Shown one piece after another: positions 23,885 through 36,455 of a DNA stretch of 64,000 nucleotides. The translations under genes and the position numbers were made by a program. The stretch lies in NCBI RefSeq assembly GCF_004010195.1, contig NC_057751.1, positions 11,741,901 to 11,805,900 of the forward strand. Direction: 5' to 3'. This DNA comes from Chiloscyllium plagiosum (lineage: Eukaryota). The stretch's first letter is position 1; the number at the start of each line of letters is the position of its first letter. The notes under the pieces are model-generated. The model ran no database searches. It saw only the letters and a list, made by a program, of their open reading frames with translations, and was not told the DNA's origin.

Positions 23885-25872
23885 TAGACCATAGACCATA
23901 AGACATTGGAGCAGAAATTAGGCCATTCAGCCCATCGAGTCTGCTCCACCATTGAATCATGGCTGAAAGTTTCTCAGCTCCAATATCCCACTTTCTCCCT
24001 GTAACCCATGATCCCCTTAACAATCATGAACCTATTTATCTCCGTCTTAAAATTCCAAATATATGCCTCTCTCGATCTCAGACTTTACTTTCTCCAATTT
24101 CCAATCAGAACAGCTGACAAAATGTCTTAAATATACTCGATGACCTGGCCTCCACAGCCGTCTGTGGCAGTGAATTCCATCGATTCACCACTCTCTGGCT
24201 GAAGAAGTTTCTCCTTATCTCTGATATAGAAGATGGTATTCGTAATAACATTAGCAAATTTGCTGATGATACTAAGCTGGGTGGCAGGGTGAAATGTGAT
24301 GAGGATGTTAGGAGATTACAGGGTGACCTGGACAAGTTAGGTGAGTGGTCAGATGCATGGCAGATGCAGTTTAATGTGATAAATGTATGGTTATCCACTT
24401 TGGTGGCAAGAACAGGAAGGCAGATTACGACCTAAATTGAATCAATTTAGGTAAAGGGGCAGTACAGAGAGATCTGGGTGTTCTTGTACACCAGTCAATG
24501 AAGGTAAGCATGCAGATACAGCAGATAGTGAAGAAGGCTAATAGCATGCTGGCCTTCATAACAAGAGGGCTTGAGTATAGAAGCAAAGAGGTTCTTCTGC
24601 AGCTGTACAGGGCCCTGGTGTGCAGTTCTGGTCTCCAAATTTGAGGAAAGACATTCTGGCTATTGAGGGAGTGCAGCGTAGGTTCACAAGGTCTATCCCT
24701 GGATTGGCAGGATTACCTTACACTGAAAGACTGGAGCGACTGGACTTGTATACCCTTGAGTTTAGAAGACTGAGAGGGGATATGATTGAGACATATAAGA
24801 TTATTAAAGGATTGGACACTCTGCAGGCAGAAAACATGTTTCCACTGATGGGTGAGTGCCGAACCAGAGGACATAGCTTAAAAATATGGGGTAGACCATT
24901 TAGGACAGAGATGAGGAGAAACTTCTTTACCCAGAGAGTGGTGGCTGTGTGGAATGCTCTGCCCCAGAGGACAGTGGAGGCCTAGTCTCTGGATTCATTT
25001 AAGAAAGAGTTGGATAGAGCTCTCAAGGATTGTGGAATCAAGGGTTATGGAGATAAGGCAAGAACAGGATACTGATTAAGGATGATCAGCCATGATCATA
25101 TTGAATGGTGGTGCAGGCTCGAAGGGCAGAATGGCCTACTCCTGCACCTATTGTCTATTGTCTAAAAGGTCTTCCCTTTACTCTAAGGTTGTGCTGTCAG
25201 GATCAAGTCTCTCCTTCCAATGGAAACATCTTCCCAACATCCACTTTGTCCAGGTCATTCAGTATTCTGTAAGTTTCTATTGGATCCACTCTCATCCTTC
25301 TCAACTCCATCAAATATAGATTCAGAGTCCTCAAACATTCCTCATATGTTATGCTTTTCATTCCTGGGACCATTCTCATGAACCTCCTCTGAAAGTGCTT
25401 CAGGGCCAATACATCCTTCCTGAGATATGGGGTGCAAAACTGCATACAATCCTCCAAATGTGATCTGACCACAGCCTTATAGAGCCTCTGAATTATATCT
25501 CTGCTTTTATATTCAAGTCCCCTCAAAGTTAATGCATCATTGCATTTGCCTTCCTAACTACTAACTCAACCTGCAAGTTTACCTTGAGAGAATCCTGGAC
25601 GTGAACTCCCAAGTCTCTTTGCACCTCAGCTTTCTGAATTTTCTCCCCATTCAGAAAATACTACATTCCTCTATTCTTCCTACCAAACTGCATGACTTCA
25701 CACTTTCCCACGTTGTATCCCATCTGCTACATCTTTGCCCACTCTCCTAACCTGTCTAAATTCTTCTGCAGCCTCCCTGCCTCCTCAATGCTACCCGTCC
25801 CTCTAACTATCTTTGTATCATCTGCAAACCTAGCCAGAATGCCCTCAGTTCCTTCATCTAGATAGTTAATGT
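23885..25872 (-). mobile_element. CR1 LINE 3' portion interrupted by a nested + strand CR1 (~24222-25162)
   Basis: Minus ORFs 25203-25526 and 24105-24398 (RRNFFSQRVVNRWNSLP). Plus ORF 24620-24985 (QFWSPNLRKDILAIEGVQRRFTR). Confidence 0.85.
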
Positions 25873-26989
25873 ATATTGCTAGTTCTGGGAAAGGAGGAAA
25901 TTCATCCTCTGTTTCAGTTCATCCAGCAAGACCTCCAGGACCTTGCCCACAAAGTAAGACAATAATTTCCCCCATCTGTCAAACCAGGGCAAATCTCAGG
26001 AAGTGTGAAAGGCAACTCCGGACTGACAGTGGTTTTCCGGCTGCTCACGGGCTACTAACGATGTTGTTCATACAAGGAATGCCAGTCAATTCTGGGATAT
26101 TCACGAAGTGGCAAGTTGTTCTGGGAATGGCATGTTTGGAAGCAGACATGAAAGATGCCATAGTTGCAAGGTAGGTAATTAATGATAAACGTTTGGTAAG
26201 ATACAATGAGAAAATTACTAGGCCTCACATTGGATACTCATCCAAAAAGCTGAACCTAACTCACTTAGCCAAAACTTTTAAAACCTTTTTTAAAAAGTGG
26301 CCTTAATTTGTGGAAAGCAATTCTAACAATTTGTTTACGATGTTCTTTCTCAGCCCACACAACACATGGAACATGGGGTGGAATTTCATTGTGGCTTCAG
26401 TGATTCATGACTGGTGTGTGTGAGTCAACATTTAGTAACAGTGCGGGTCGCAGTTTCAACAGTCTGGAATGGCTGTGGAACATACCCACATCCTGCAGAT
26501 ATTACCTTCTTGCCCATTCACTCATTCAGGGGTAAAGTTTCACCAAATTGCAGGAACATTACTTGGAAATTTGCATGTCAAGCTAGTTTTTTGTGTGGTT
26601 TTTATGAATTCGAGAACAAAACTTTGTGAAATCAACACTAAAAAGAAAGTACATAGACCAAAGAACCGTAGGCACTGAAAATTTAAAACAAAAAGTAGCC
26701 AGAAAGATATGACCTGTCAACAAGAAATTAACGGAAGTTATTGTTTGACATGGCATTATTCACTGGAACTGGGATGGGAAAGATAAATGAACTGGTTAAT
26801 TGAGTTGAAATCAATGGATGAAAAATTAAGGACAGCACACACACAATTTCTTGGCTGAATGCATGATCCAACTGAAAACAGAAGCCTCAAAAATGTGCCA
26901 TATTATCTCCACCTCAAAAATAAGTCTCTCACTTTGACTCACTGAATCACTACAGTGTAGAACGAGGCCATTCGGTCCATCTAGCAACC

Positions 26990-27885
26990 AAGTTCAGCAG
27001 ATAATGGGGAAGGCACCTATAATGTTGCTCCTTACTTCAAAGGGAATGGACTATAAAAACAAGGAGGTTTTGCTAAAACTATAAAAGGCATTAGTCAGAC
27101 CACACTTGTGAACAGTTTTGGTCCCCTTAGGAAAGTAAAGATATATCAGCATTGTAGGTAGTTCACAGATGGTTCACTTGGTTGATCCTAGGTATGGAGG
27201 GATTTACTTATAGAACATAGAAGAATATAGCGTAGTGCAGGCCCTTTGGCCCTCGATGTTGCGCCGATCCAAGCCCACCTAACCTACACTAGCCCACTAT
27301 CCTCCATATGCCTATCCAATGCCCGCTTAAATGCCCATAAAGAGGGAGAGTTCACCACTGCTACTGGCAGGGCATTCCATGAACTCACGACTCGCTGAGC
27401 AAAGAACCTACCCCTAACATCTGTCTTATACCTACCACCCCTTAATTTAAAGCTATGTCCCCTCGTAATAGCTGACTCCATACGTGGAAAGTTGGGCGTA
27501 TGCTCATTGGAGTTGAGAAGAATGGTATGCACAATGCTGAAACATGTAAGGTTCTAACAGGCCTTGACAGGATTGACACACAGAGGTTGTTTTTCCTTGT
27601 GGGAGAGTGTAGCAGCAGAGGGCATAATTTCAGAAGGAGGAGTCGCCCAGAAGGAGATAAGGAGTAATTTCTTCTCTGAGGATATACTAAATCTGTTGTA
27701 TTTATTACCATGGAGTGCTGACAAAGCTGGGTCAGTAAAAACATTTAAGGCTGAGACAGATGTTTACGCAGCAAAGGAATCAGTGGGAAAATGCAGGATC
27801 GTGGTGTTGTTGTTTGTCAGATCAACCATGATATTATTGAATGGCAGATTGAATAGCCTGTTATGTCTGATGGTCTTGTGGTTTT
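26990..27885 (+). mobile_element. CR1 fragment with nested minus-strand CR1 3' end (~27212-27490)
   Basis: Minus ORF 27284-27532 TRGHSFKLRGGRYKTDVRGRFFAQRVV. The flanks continue a plus-strand RT C-terminus. Confidence 0.75.
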
Positions 27886-28042
27886 AAGGCTTGTTTTTAT
27901 TTACACCACTGCAAGGCCAAAAGATCCTTCCTGGATAGGGTGTCACACTGAGCACAGTATTCTGGGTGGTATCTGACCAAAGCATGATACAATTGAAGTA
28001 TCACTTTTTTTTCCAAAACTTGTCATAAAAACCAACATTTCA

Positions 28043-28350
28043 TGAATTCGACTGGGACAACACTACTATCATAGGGCAAGCCAGACAGAGAACAGCCAGG
28101 GAATTCCGAGAGGCATGGCATTCATCCACAAACTTCATCAACAAACACATCGACCTGGACCCAATATACCAACCACTACAGCGGACAGCTGAAACTGACA
28201 ACCGGAAGCGGCAGGGACAGACCACTATAAACACCGGAGGAAACATCAAAGAAGCGCTTCGCAGGAGGCTCCCAAGCACTGATGATGTCGCCTAGCCAGG
28301 GGACGAAACGTTTGCAACAAAAACTTCCAGCTCTGCGAACAGAACCACAG
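28043..28350 (+). mobile_element. Penelope-like element 3' end (third family): GIY-YIG C-terminus plus terminal repeat
   Basis: HEFDWDNTTIIGQARQRTAREFREAWHSSTNFINKHIDLDPIYQPL (read from 28041). Flanking direct repeat CATTTCA (28036-28042 / 28351-28357). CpG retained. Confidence 0.85.
28276..28315 (+). ncRNA. Minimal type I hammerhead ribozyme
   Basis: GCA-CTGATGA-T-GTCGCCT-AGCC-AGGGGAC-GAAA-C-GTT-TGC. Helix I GCA/TGC; helix II has one G.G mismatch. Confidence 0.75.
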
Positions 28351-28874
28351 CATTTCACTATTCTTTCAGAGCAGATCAGAGATTGGGAATTCTGAGGTGA
28401 ATAACTCATCTCCTGTCTACCTAAAACATACTCACCATCTATAAGACACATGTCAGGTAGGTGCAATACTCCCCACTTGTCTGGATGAATGCAGATTCAA
28501 AAACACTCAGAGATTTAGCACCATCCAGGAAAAAGCAGTTTGAGTGACCCCACATCCCATTGTTCACTCTTTTCATCACCAATACAGAGTGGCATCCAGA
28601 AGATGACTGCAGAAATTCACCAAGTCTCCTTCAATAGCATTTTCCAAAGTTGTGATCACTAATATCTAGAAGGTCAAGGGCAACGTGGGAACAGAACCAG
28701 CTACAAGCTCTCCTCTATCCTGACTTGGAATTGTATCACTATCCCTTCATTGTCAAAACTCACTTCTCTAAGCATGGTGGGGTCACTACAGCTTCTGAAC
28801 TGCTGCTGTAGAAAAAGATGGCTCAACACCCCCTTCACAAGAGAAACAAATCCTGGTCTAGCCAGGATGCTCTG

Positions 28875-29700
28875 ATCTAGATGAAGGAAATGAGGGCATT
28901 CTGGCTAAGTTTGCAGACAATACAATGATAGGTAGAGAGACAGGTAGCATTGAGGAGGCGGTGAGACAGCTGAAGGATTTGGACAGATCAGGAGAGTGGG
29001 CAAAGAAGTGGCAAATGGAGTACGACATGGGAAAATATGAGGTAATGCAGTTTGGTCGGAAGAAAAAAGGCATGGACTATTTTCTAAATGGGGAGAAAAT
29101 TCAGAAGTCTGAAGTGCAAAGAGACTTGGGAGTTCGAATTCAGGATTCTCTCAAGTGAAACTTGCAGGTTAAGCCAGTAGTCAGGAAGGCAAATGCAGTG
29201 ATGGCATTTACTTTGATAGGACTTGAATATAAAAGCAGGGATGTACTTCTCAGGCTCTATATGGCTCTAGTCAGACCACATTTGGAGTATAGTGTGCAGT
29301 TTTGGGCCCCATATCTCAGGAAGAGAGATGCATTGGCCCTGGAGCATGTTCAGAGGAAGTTCACGAGAATGGACCCAGGAAAGAAAAGCTTAACATATGA
29401 GGAACATTTGAGGACTCTGGGTTTACACTCGAAGGAGTTCAGAAGGATGAGGCGGGATCTAATTGAAATTTACAGAATACTGAATGGCCTGGGCAGAATG
29501 GATGTTAGGAAGATGTTTCCATTGATAGGAGAGAGTAGAACCAGAGGACACAGCTTGAGAGTAAAGGGAAGTTTAGAATTGAGTAAAAGAGAAACTTCCT
29601 CAACCAGAGAGTGATGAATCAATGGAATTCACTGCCACAGATTGTTTGGAAGCCAGGTCATTGAGCATCTTTAAGATGGAGATCAATAGTTTCTTGAGTT
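28875..29700 (+). mobile_element. CR1 LINE RT remnant
   Basis: KFADNT, EWAKKWQMEY and LVRPHLEYSVQFWAPYLRK motifs. Confidence 0.88.
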
Positions 29701-29719
29701 ACGGAGTTGTACCAATTGC

Positions 29720-32095
29720 AACATCTCAAAGCAATGAAACTGGGCAGGTCACCTGGCATTGAACCTAGGCACTAGAAAAGATAACAGCAGAAACAGCCTT
29801 GTCAACTCTGCAAAGTCCTCCTTATTAACATTTGGGAGCTTGTGCCAAAATTGGGAGAGCTATCCCACAGACTACTCAAGAAAAAGCCTGTCATAGTCAT
29901 ACTCACGGGTTCATACCTTACAGACAATACCCCTGGAGAGCATGACCATCTCTGGATATGTCCTGTTCCACCGGCAGGACAGACGCATCAGAGATGGCAA
30001 CAGTGGTATACAGTCAGGAAGGACTTGCCCAGGGAGTCCTCGACGTTGACTCCAGATCTCATGGCTTCAGGTTAAACATGGACAAGGAAATGTCCTGCTG
30101 ATGATTACTTACCGACCTACCTCAGCTGATGAATTGGTATTCCTCCATGTTGAACAACAATTAGAAGAAGCGCTGAGAGTGGCAAGTATTCTGGGTGGGG
30201 GAGTTTCAATGCCTACTACAAAGAGTGGCTCAGCAGCAGGATGACTGATTGAGCTGGTTGGGTCCGAAAGGACATAGCTGCTAGACTGGGTCTGCAGGAA
30301 GTTGTGAGGGAACCAACAAGAGGGAAAAACATACTTGACCTCGTCCTCACCAATTTGACTGCTTCAGATGTATCTGTCCATGACAGTATCGGTAAGAAAG
30401 ACCACTGCATAATCCTAGTGGAGATGAGGTCCCACCTTCACACTGAGAATAACCTTTGTCATGTTGTATGGCATAATCACCGTGCTAAATGGGAGAGATT
30501 TGAACAGATATAGCAATTAAGACTGGGCATCCACGAGGTGCTGTGGTCCATCAACAGCAGTCAAATTGTACTCCAGCACAAACTGTAATCTCATGGCCCA
30601 TCCTATCCCCCAATCAACCATGACCATCAAGCCAAGGGATCAACCCTGATTCAATAGCGAGTGCAGGAGCTGTTCCAGGACAGTTGCAACACTGGCATCT
30701 ATCCAACAATGTGGAAAATTGCCCAAGTACATCCTGTACATAAAAAGCAGGACAAATCCAACCCCGTCAATTACTGTCCTACTGTCTACTGTCGATGATC
30801 AGTAAAGTGATGGAAGGTATCATCAACAGTGCTATGAACACCACCTGCCCAGCAATAACCTGCACAATGATGCCCAGTTTGGGTTCTGCCATGGAAAATC
30901 AGCCCCTGACCTCATTTCAGCCTTAGTTCAAACATGGACAGAAGAGCTGAATTCTCGAGATGAGGTGAGAGTGACAGCCCTTGACATTGAGACTGCATTT
31001 GACCGAATGTGGCATCAAGGAGCCCCAAAGATTAATGAGTATTGGAGGTAAACTTTCCAGTGGATGAAATCATATTTGGCTCAAAGATGGCCGTGTTTGT
31101 TGGAGAAGGTCAGACATCTCAGACCCAAGGACATCTCTGCAGGAGTTCCTCAGGGTAGTGTCAAGGCCCAGCCATCTTCAGCTGCTTCATCAATGATCTT
31201 CCCTCCATCATAAAGTCAGAAGTGAGGATGATTTCTAATGATTTCACAATGTTCAGCAACATTCACAACTCCTCAGTTACTGAAACAGACCCATGTTCAA
31301 ATGTAACAAGATCCGGACAATTTCCAGGCTTGGGCCGACAAGTGGCAAGTAACATTTGTGCCACACAAATGCCAGGCTATGGCCATCACCAATTAGAGAT
31401 AATCTAACCACCACCTCTTGACATTCAGTGATGTTACCATCACTGAATCCCCCACTAACAATATCCTGAAGGTACCCATTGACCAGAAACTCAACTGGAC
31501 TCACCACATGAAAACAGTGGCTCCAAGCTAGAAGTGGTCAGAAGCTAGAAGTATGGCAGTGAGTAACTCATCTCCTGACTCCTCAAAGCCTCAATTTCCA
31601 AGGCACAAGTCATGAGTGTGATGGAATACTTCCCACTGGTCTGGATGAGTGCAGCTCCAAAACACTCAACAAGCTTGACACAATCCAAGATAAAGCAGCT
31701 CACTTGATTAGCACTAGATTCACAAGCATTTCTCCCTCCATCACTGATCCTTAGGAGCAGTAGTGTGTACTATGAACAAGATGTGCTGCAGAAGTACACA
31801 AAGATCCTCAGACAGCACCTTCCAAGCACATGACCTCTTCCATCTAAAAGGACGAGGGCAGCAGATACATGGGAACATCACCGCCTTCAAGTACCGCCTA
31901 CTCACCATCCTGACTTGGAAATATATCACGAGTCTTTCATTGTCGTTGGGTCAAAATCCTGGAATTCCTTCCCCCGTGGCACTCAGGGTCAACCCGCAGC
32001 AGATGGATTGAAGTGGTTCAAAAAGGTAACTCACCACCACGTTCTCAAGGGCAACTGGACACAGCCAATAAATGCTGGCCAACCAGTGACATCCA
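29720..32095 (+). mobile_element. Long L2/CR1-group LINE ORF2 remnant (endonuclease plus RT) with 3' tail
   Basis: REPTRGKNILDLVLTN, WKIAQVHPVHKKQDKSNPVNY and GVPQGSV motifs. Many stops and frameshifts. A shorter related 3' piece lies at ~28380-28870. Confidence 0.8.
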
Positions 32096-32110
32096 TATCT
32101 AACATTGCTT

Positions 32111-32168
32111 GCATTGGTGATTCAGTGATTGAATGCGGAAGACCAGGGTTTGATTCCCAGCCAAAGCA
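32111..32168 (+). pseudogene. tRNA-Gly-derived pseudogene lacking most of the anticodon arm
   Basis: GCATTGGTGATTCAGTGATTGAAT..GCGGAAGACCAGGGTTTGATTCCCAGCCAAAGCA aligns to the recalled vertebrate tRNA-Gly(GCC) GCATTGGTGGTTCAGTGGTAGAAT[TCTCGCCTGCCAC]GCGGGAGGCCCGGGTTCGATTCCCGGCCAATGCA. Confidence 0.75.
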
Positions 32169-32192
32169 TGGTGCTCCATCCTGTCCCTCCTT

Positions 32193-32512
32193 GGGGTGGC
32201 ACGGTAGCTTCATGGTTCGCACTGCTGCCTCACAGCAACATGGATGTTGGTTTGATTCCACCAACAGGGAATAGTATGGAATTTTCACATTCTTTTTGTG
32301 TCTGCGTGAGTTTTCTCTAGGTGCTTCAGTTCCCTCCCACAGTCCACAGATGTGCAGGTTAGATGGACTGGCAACACTAAATTGCCCATAGTGTCCAGGG
32401 ACATGCTGGCGAGGTGATTAGCTACGTGAATTTCAGGGATGGGGTAGGTTTGGGTGGGATGCTCCCCATGGGGTTGGAGTGAACTTGATAGGCTAAATGG
32501 GCTGCTTCCACA
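32193..32512 (+). mobile_element. HE1-like SINE (diverged)
   Basis: GGGGTGGCACGGTAGC head and CCCACAGTCCACAGATGTGCAGGTTAG body. Confidence 0.8.
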
Positions 32513-32589
32513 TTGGTTCAAAATAAATTTTAAAAAGCTCTGAAATTTGTCTTGAAAATGTCATAATTGGTTCTTCAATTGAATGTCAC

Positions 32590-33290
32590 AGTTGAAAGTG
32601 CTCTCTCCTGGATGTGACGAAAAATAAGTGTTCCATACCTATCCTCTTGGGTGGCCAGAAAAAATCCCATCATACTATTTCATACTTTTTTGGGTCAATA
32701 TTTATCCCTCAACCAAAATCAACAAGTCTGATTATTTAGGTCACAACGACATTGCTGTTTGTGGAGGTTGGCTCTTTCAAATTGGCTGTCATGTTACTCA
32801 CATAACATTAATGTCTACATTTCTTATGTGTATGATTTGCTGTTAAACAGTTGAGACATGTTGAGGGGGCAAAAGGTTTTACCTGAACACAAGTCTTCTG
32901 CTTGTCAGCTTTTTGCAGTGTTAACTGCGGGACAATGGGTCACTCGCTGCTGAGTTGCAAAGTTTGGGCTTAAGTTCCACTCTGCTGCAGTGTTGAAGGA
33001 GTGCTACACTATCAGAGGTATCAGCTTTTTGAATTAAACTTTAAATAAAGACTGGGTGGATGTAAAAGATCCCATTGTGCAACATCAAAGAAGGGCAAGG
33101 GAATTAGCCCTCATGCCCTGACGAATATTTATCTCTCAATTAAGATTTTTAGTTGAATATCAGTTTATTTGTGGGCATTTGAAATTGGTTGCCATATTTT
33201 GTTACAATAGTGTCTGCACTTCAAAGCAATGAAATGGGTGTAAAGCATTTGAGATTGTGAAAAGTTTTGTATGAAACAGATTTTCTTCCT
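32590..33290 (+). mobile_element. Two tandem Deu-domain SINE copies
   Basis: GATGTAAAAGATCCCAT, AATATTTATCCCTCAACC and ACATTGCTGTTTGTGG...AAATTGGCTG motifs, recalled as typical of AmnSINE1/SacSINE1. Confidence 0.6.
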
Positions 33291-35571
33291 TTCAGTTACT
33301 CTGCTGAGAGAAATTTTCCAATGAAAATTTCCAACGGAAAACATTCATTCATTCTTATACATTTTACTGCGCTGGAATATTAACAAACATCTGGGGAAAA
33401 CCAAGGGTCACCATCCCTTCATCCAAGTTTTAAGTCTGCACTTTCTTTAAGGACTATTAAAATCGTTTGTGAACCATGCTCAGTGAATGTTCAAAATATT
33501 AAAAAGACAACAAATACTTTCAGTAGACAAAAAGAAAAGCAATTTGATTGCTTTATATTCCTCAGGTTACCCAAATGCTTGATAACGACAGAAATGTCTT
33601 TGAATGATAGTCGCTTGTATAATGTTAGTCGTTAATTCAAACATTTTATGGAAAAACCAATTCACAAAACTACAAGAAGTTCAATAACTTCCTCACAAGC
33701 TTTCTAGTTATATTGGTTAAAAAGCAAATGACAAGAGTTAGTGTCATAAGAATTATATTACTGAACTAATACATCAGAAGTGCAAGTGAAATGCCATGCA
33801 TAGGTTCAAATCCAACTCCAACAGTGAATGGAATTTAAGTTCAACCAATAAATCTGGAATATAAAGCTACCTTCAATCATGGTGATGATAAGACCATCAC
33901 CAGTTGGTGTAAGATCCCAGCTTGTTCAGTTGTGTCCTTTTCCTAACATTTTCCCATACACATTTACATGAAACCTCAGAACCATGGTAACATTGATTCT
34001 GAACTGAAATGGCCTTGCAGCTGACAATGTAGCTAACAATAGCCAACCACACAATTCACTTCAAAGCCAATTAGAAATGAGTACTAAATTCTGGCCTCAC
34101 TAGTTCTCAAATCCCTCAAAAAAATTAAGAAAAACCTCATTAGGACATGGGAGGAATTCTAATCCTCTTGGAAAAATGCTATGAAATATTTTGCATCCAT
34201 TTGAGAGGACAGGTGAGGCTACAGGTTAACATTTTATCTGTAAGACAAGTAATGCAGCAGACCTTCAGTACTGTAATGAAATGACATACTGAATTCCATT
34301 TTCAAGTTTAGACTGTTTGTTTTAACCCTGACCTTCTGACACAAAGACCATAATGCCAGTTGGCCCAAGGCTAAAGCCCTTCTGTACACTCGATCATGCC
34401 AAATAACTTAAGGGATCCATAGTTAACACCTGACAACTCTGGACAAATTTTCAGTTTGGGGTTCTTCCAAATGGGATAAGGTTGCTTATTCTAGAAATGA
34501 AAAAGTGATCAGACATATGTTTGTCAGGTGATTATACTCAGAGGCTTCCTGAATGAAGGTTTGGGACTGAGGCCAGCACAAGAAAAAGGAAAAGATGTTT
34601 CCAATTTTCATTTTTTAAAAGCATGGTTAGTACTCTGCATCGTCAACAGTTTCTCAGTGGAATATAATTTGGGTGATATGGACTTAATTATTTATGACTT
34701 TGAACTGTGGTCATGATAACGCACCAACAGAGGGACTGCCATCTCAAATAACTTTGGAATTTCCTCCCAGGCACTTCATTTAGATCTCCTTCTGTAAATA
34801 ATTACTCATACTGCCGACAGATACCGGAAGCTAATACTGTTGAAACCAAATAATACGCATGCTGGATTGATTACTAGACTCAACTCACGGTGCTCAAACC
34901 GAATACAGATTATTCACATGAAGTTTGTTGCACAAATATTTGAAGTTTTAGTTTCTGTCATGTTTCTTTTCCTAATGCACTGTTTATTCTGCCATGTGGA
35001 ACTTGCTTTGTTCCCTTGTCAGCAGTTTGGAATAATCTGGTCAGCAGGTAGTTTCATGCCTGATGTCAATGAGGCCCCATCAATGGCAGCAGGAAGTCTA
35101 ATTGAAACAAAATGTACCAGATGGTGTCAGGTTTTCCCTGAATTCAAGTCAAAATGTTGTGTTTCTTTTGTGGTGTCCAGTTAACGGCCCAGCTGGAGAT
35201 CTGGCAAACTCCATCCAAAAGGGGTCAAGTGACTCTGAGTGGCAAATAATTCCTGGATTTCGACCAAATAGTGCTGTAAATCTCACCTCAGTTATGGGCT
35301 TGAGCTGCATCACTGATCATCCAATTGAACAATGACAATTATTGCATATTTACACAATGTAAACAGCACTCCCAAAACTGTATTTATTGTCTACCCTTGT
35401 CAGCCTTGGGAGGATGGTGGCAGGTCTTTCCTGCAGTTCCTGTGATGATGATGCTTCCAAGTAAGTGTGGCAATGGATTTTGACATATCAATGAAAAGTG
35501 CATGACAATATATTTTCAAATCAGGATTGCAGAGACTGTGGAAGTTGTGGCTGTTCCCAAGATCCCAAGAT

Positions 35572-35813
35572 GGGCAGCATGGTGGCACAGTGGTTAGCAC
35601 TACTGCCTCACAACACCAGAGACCTGGGTTCAATTCCCGCCTCAGGCGACACTCTCTGTGTGGAGTTTGCACATTTTCCCCGTGTCTGCATGAATTGGCC
35701 ATGCTAAATTGCCTGTAGTGTGAGGGGAATGGGTCTGAATGGGCTGTGCTTCAGCGGGTCGGTGTGGACTTGTTGGGCCGAAGGGCCTGTTTCCACACTA
35801 TAAGTAATCTAAT
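35572..35813 (+). mobile_element. HE1-like SINE (internally deleted)
   Basis: A/B boxes and tail GGGCCGAAGGGCCTGTTTCCACACT. Confidence 0.85.
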
Positions 35814-35821
35814 ATGGCTGC

Positions 35822-36455
35822 TTTTGAACTTAACTGTAGATCACAGAGTCATACAGCATGGAAACAGATCATTTAGTCCAACCAGTCCATGTTGATCATA
35901 ATCCCAAAATAAACTAGTCCAACCTGCATGCATTTGGTGTATATCCCTCCAATCATTTCTTATTTGTGTCCTTATCTAAAAGTCTTTAAAATGTTGTTAC
36001 TGTACCTGCATCCACCAATTCTGATGGAATCTTAGTCCATACTTGAACCACTGTCTGTGTAAAAAAATGCCCCTCTGTCTTTTTAAAATCTTTTCCCTCA
36101 TCTTAAAAGTATGCCACCTAGTCTTCGAATGCCCAATCGTAGGAAAAAGACACTTGCCATTCATCTTATTTATATCCTCATTATTTCATAAACCTCGGTA
36201 AGGTCATCTCCCAACCTCCTATGCTCCAGTGAATAAAGTCCTAACTTACCCAGCCTCTCCCCATAGCACAAACCTTTCATTCCTGGCAACAACCTAGTAA
36301 ATCACTTTTGAACTCTATTCAGCTTAATAACAATATTAAATATTATTATTACTATTATTAATAACTAATAATAATAATAATATCCTTCCTATAACAGGGT
36401 GACCAGAACTGGACACAGAGAGACCTGACCAACATTCTGCACAACTTCAACAAAG
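35822..36455 (-). mobile_element. CR1 3' fragment containing an AT-rich (ATT/AAT)n expansion at ~36326-36382
   Basis: Tail AGAGTCATACAGCATGGAAACAG and a degenerate RT C-terminus on the minus strand. Confidence 0.75.
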
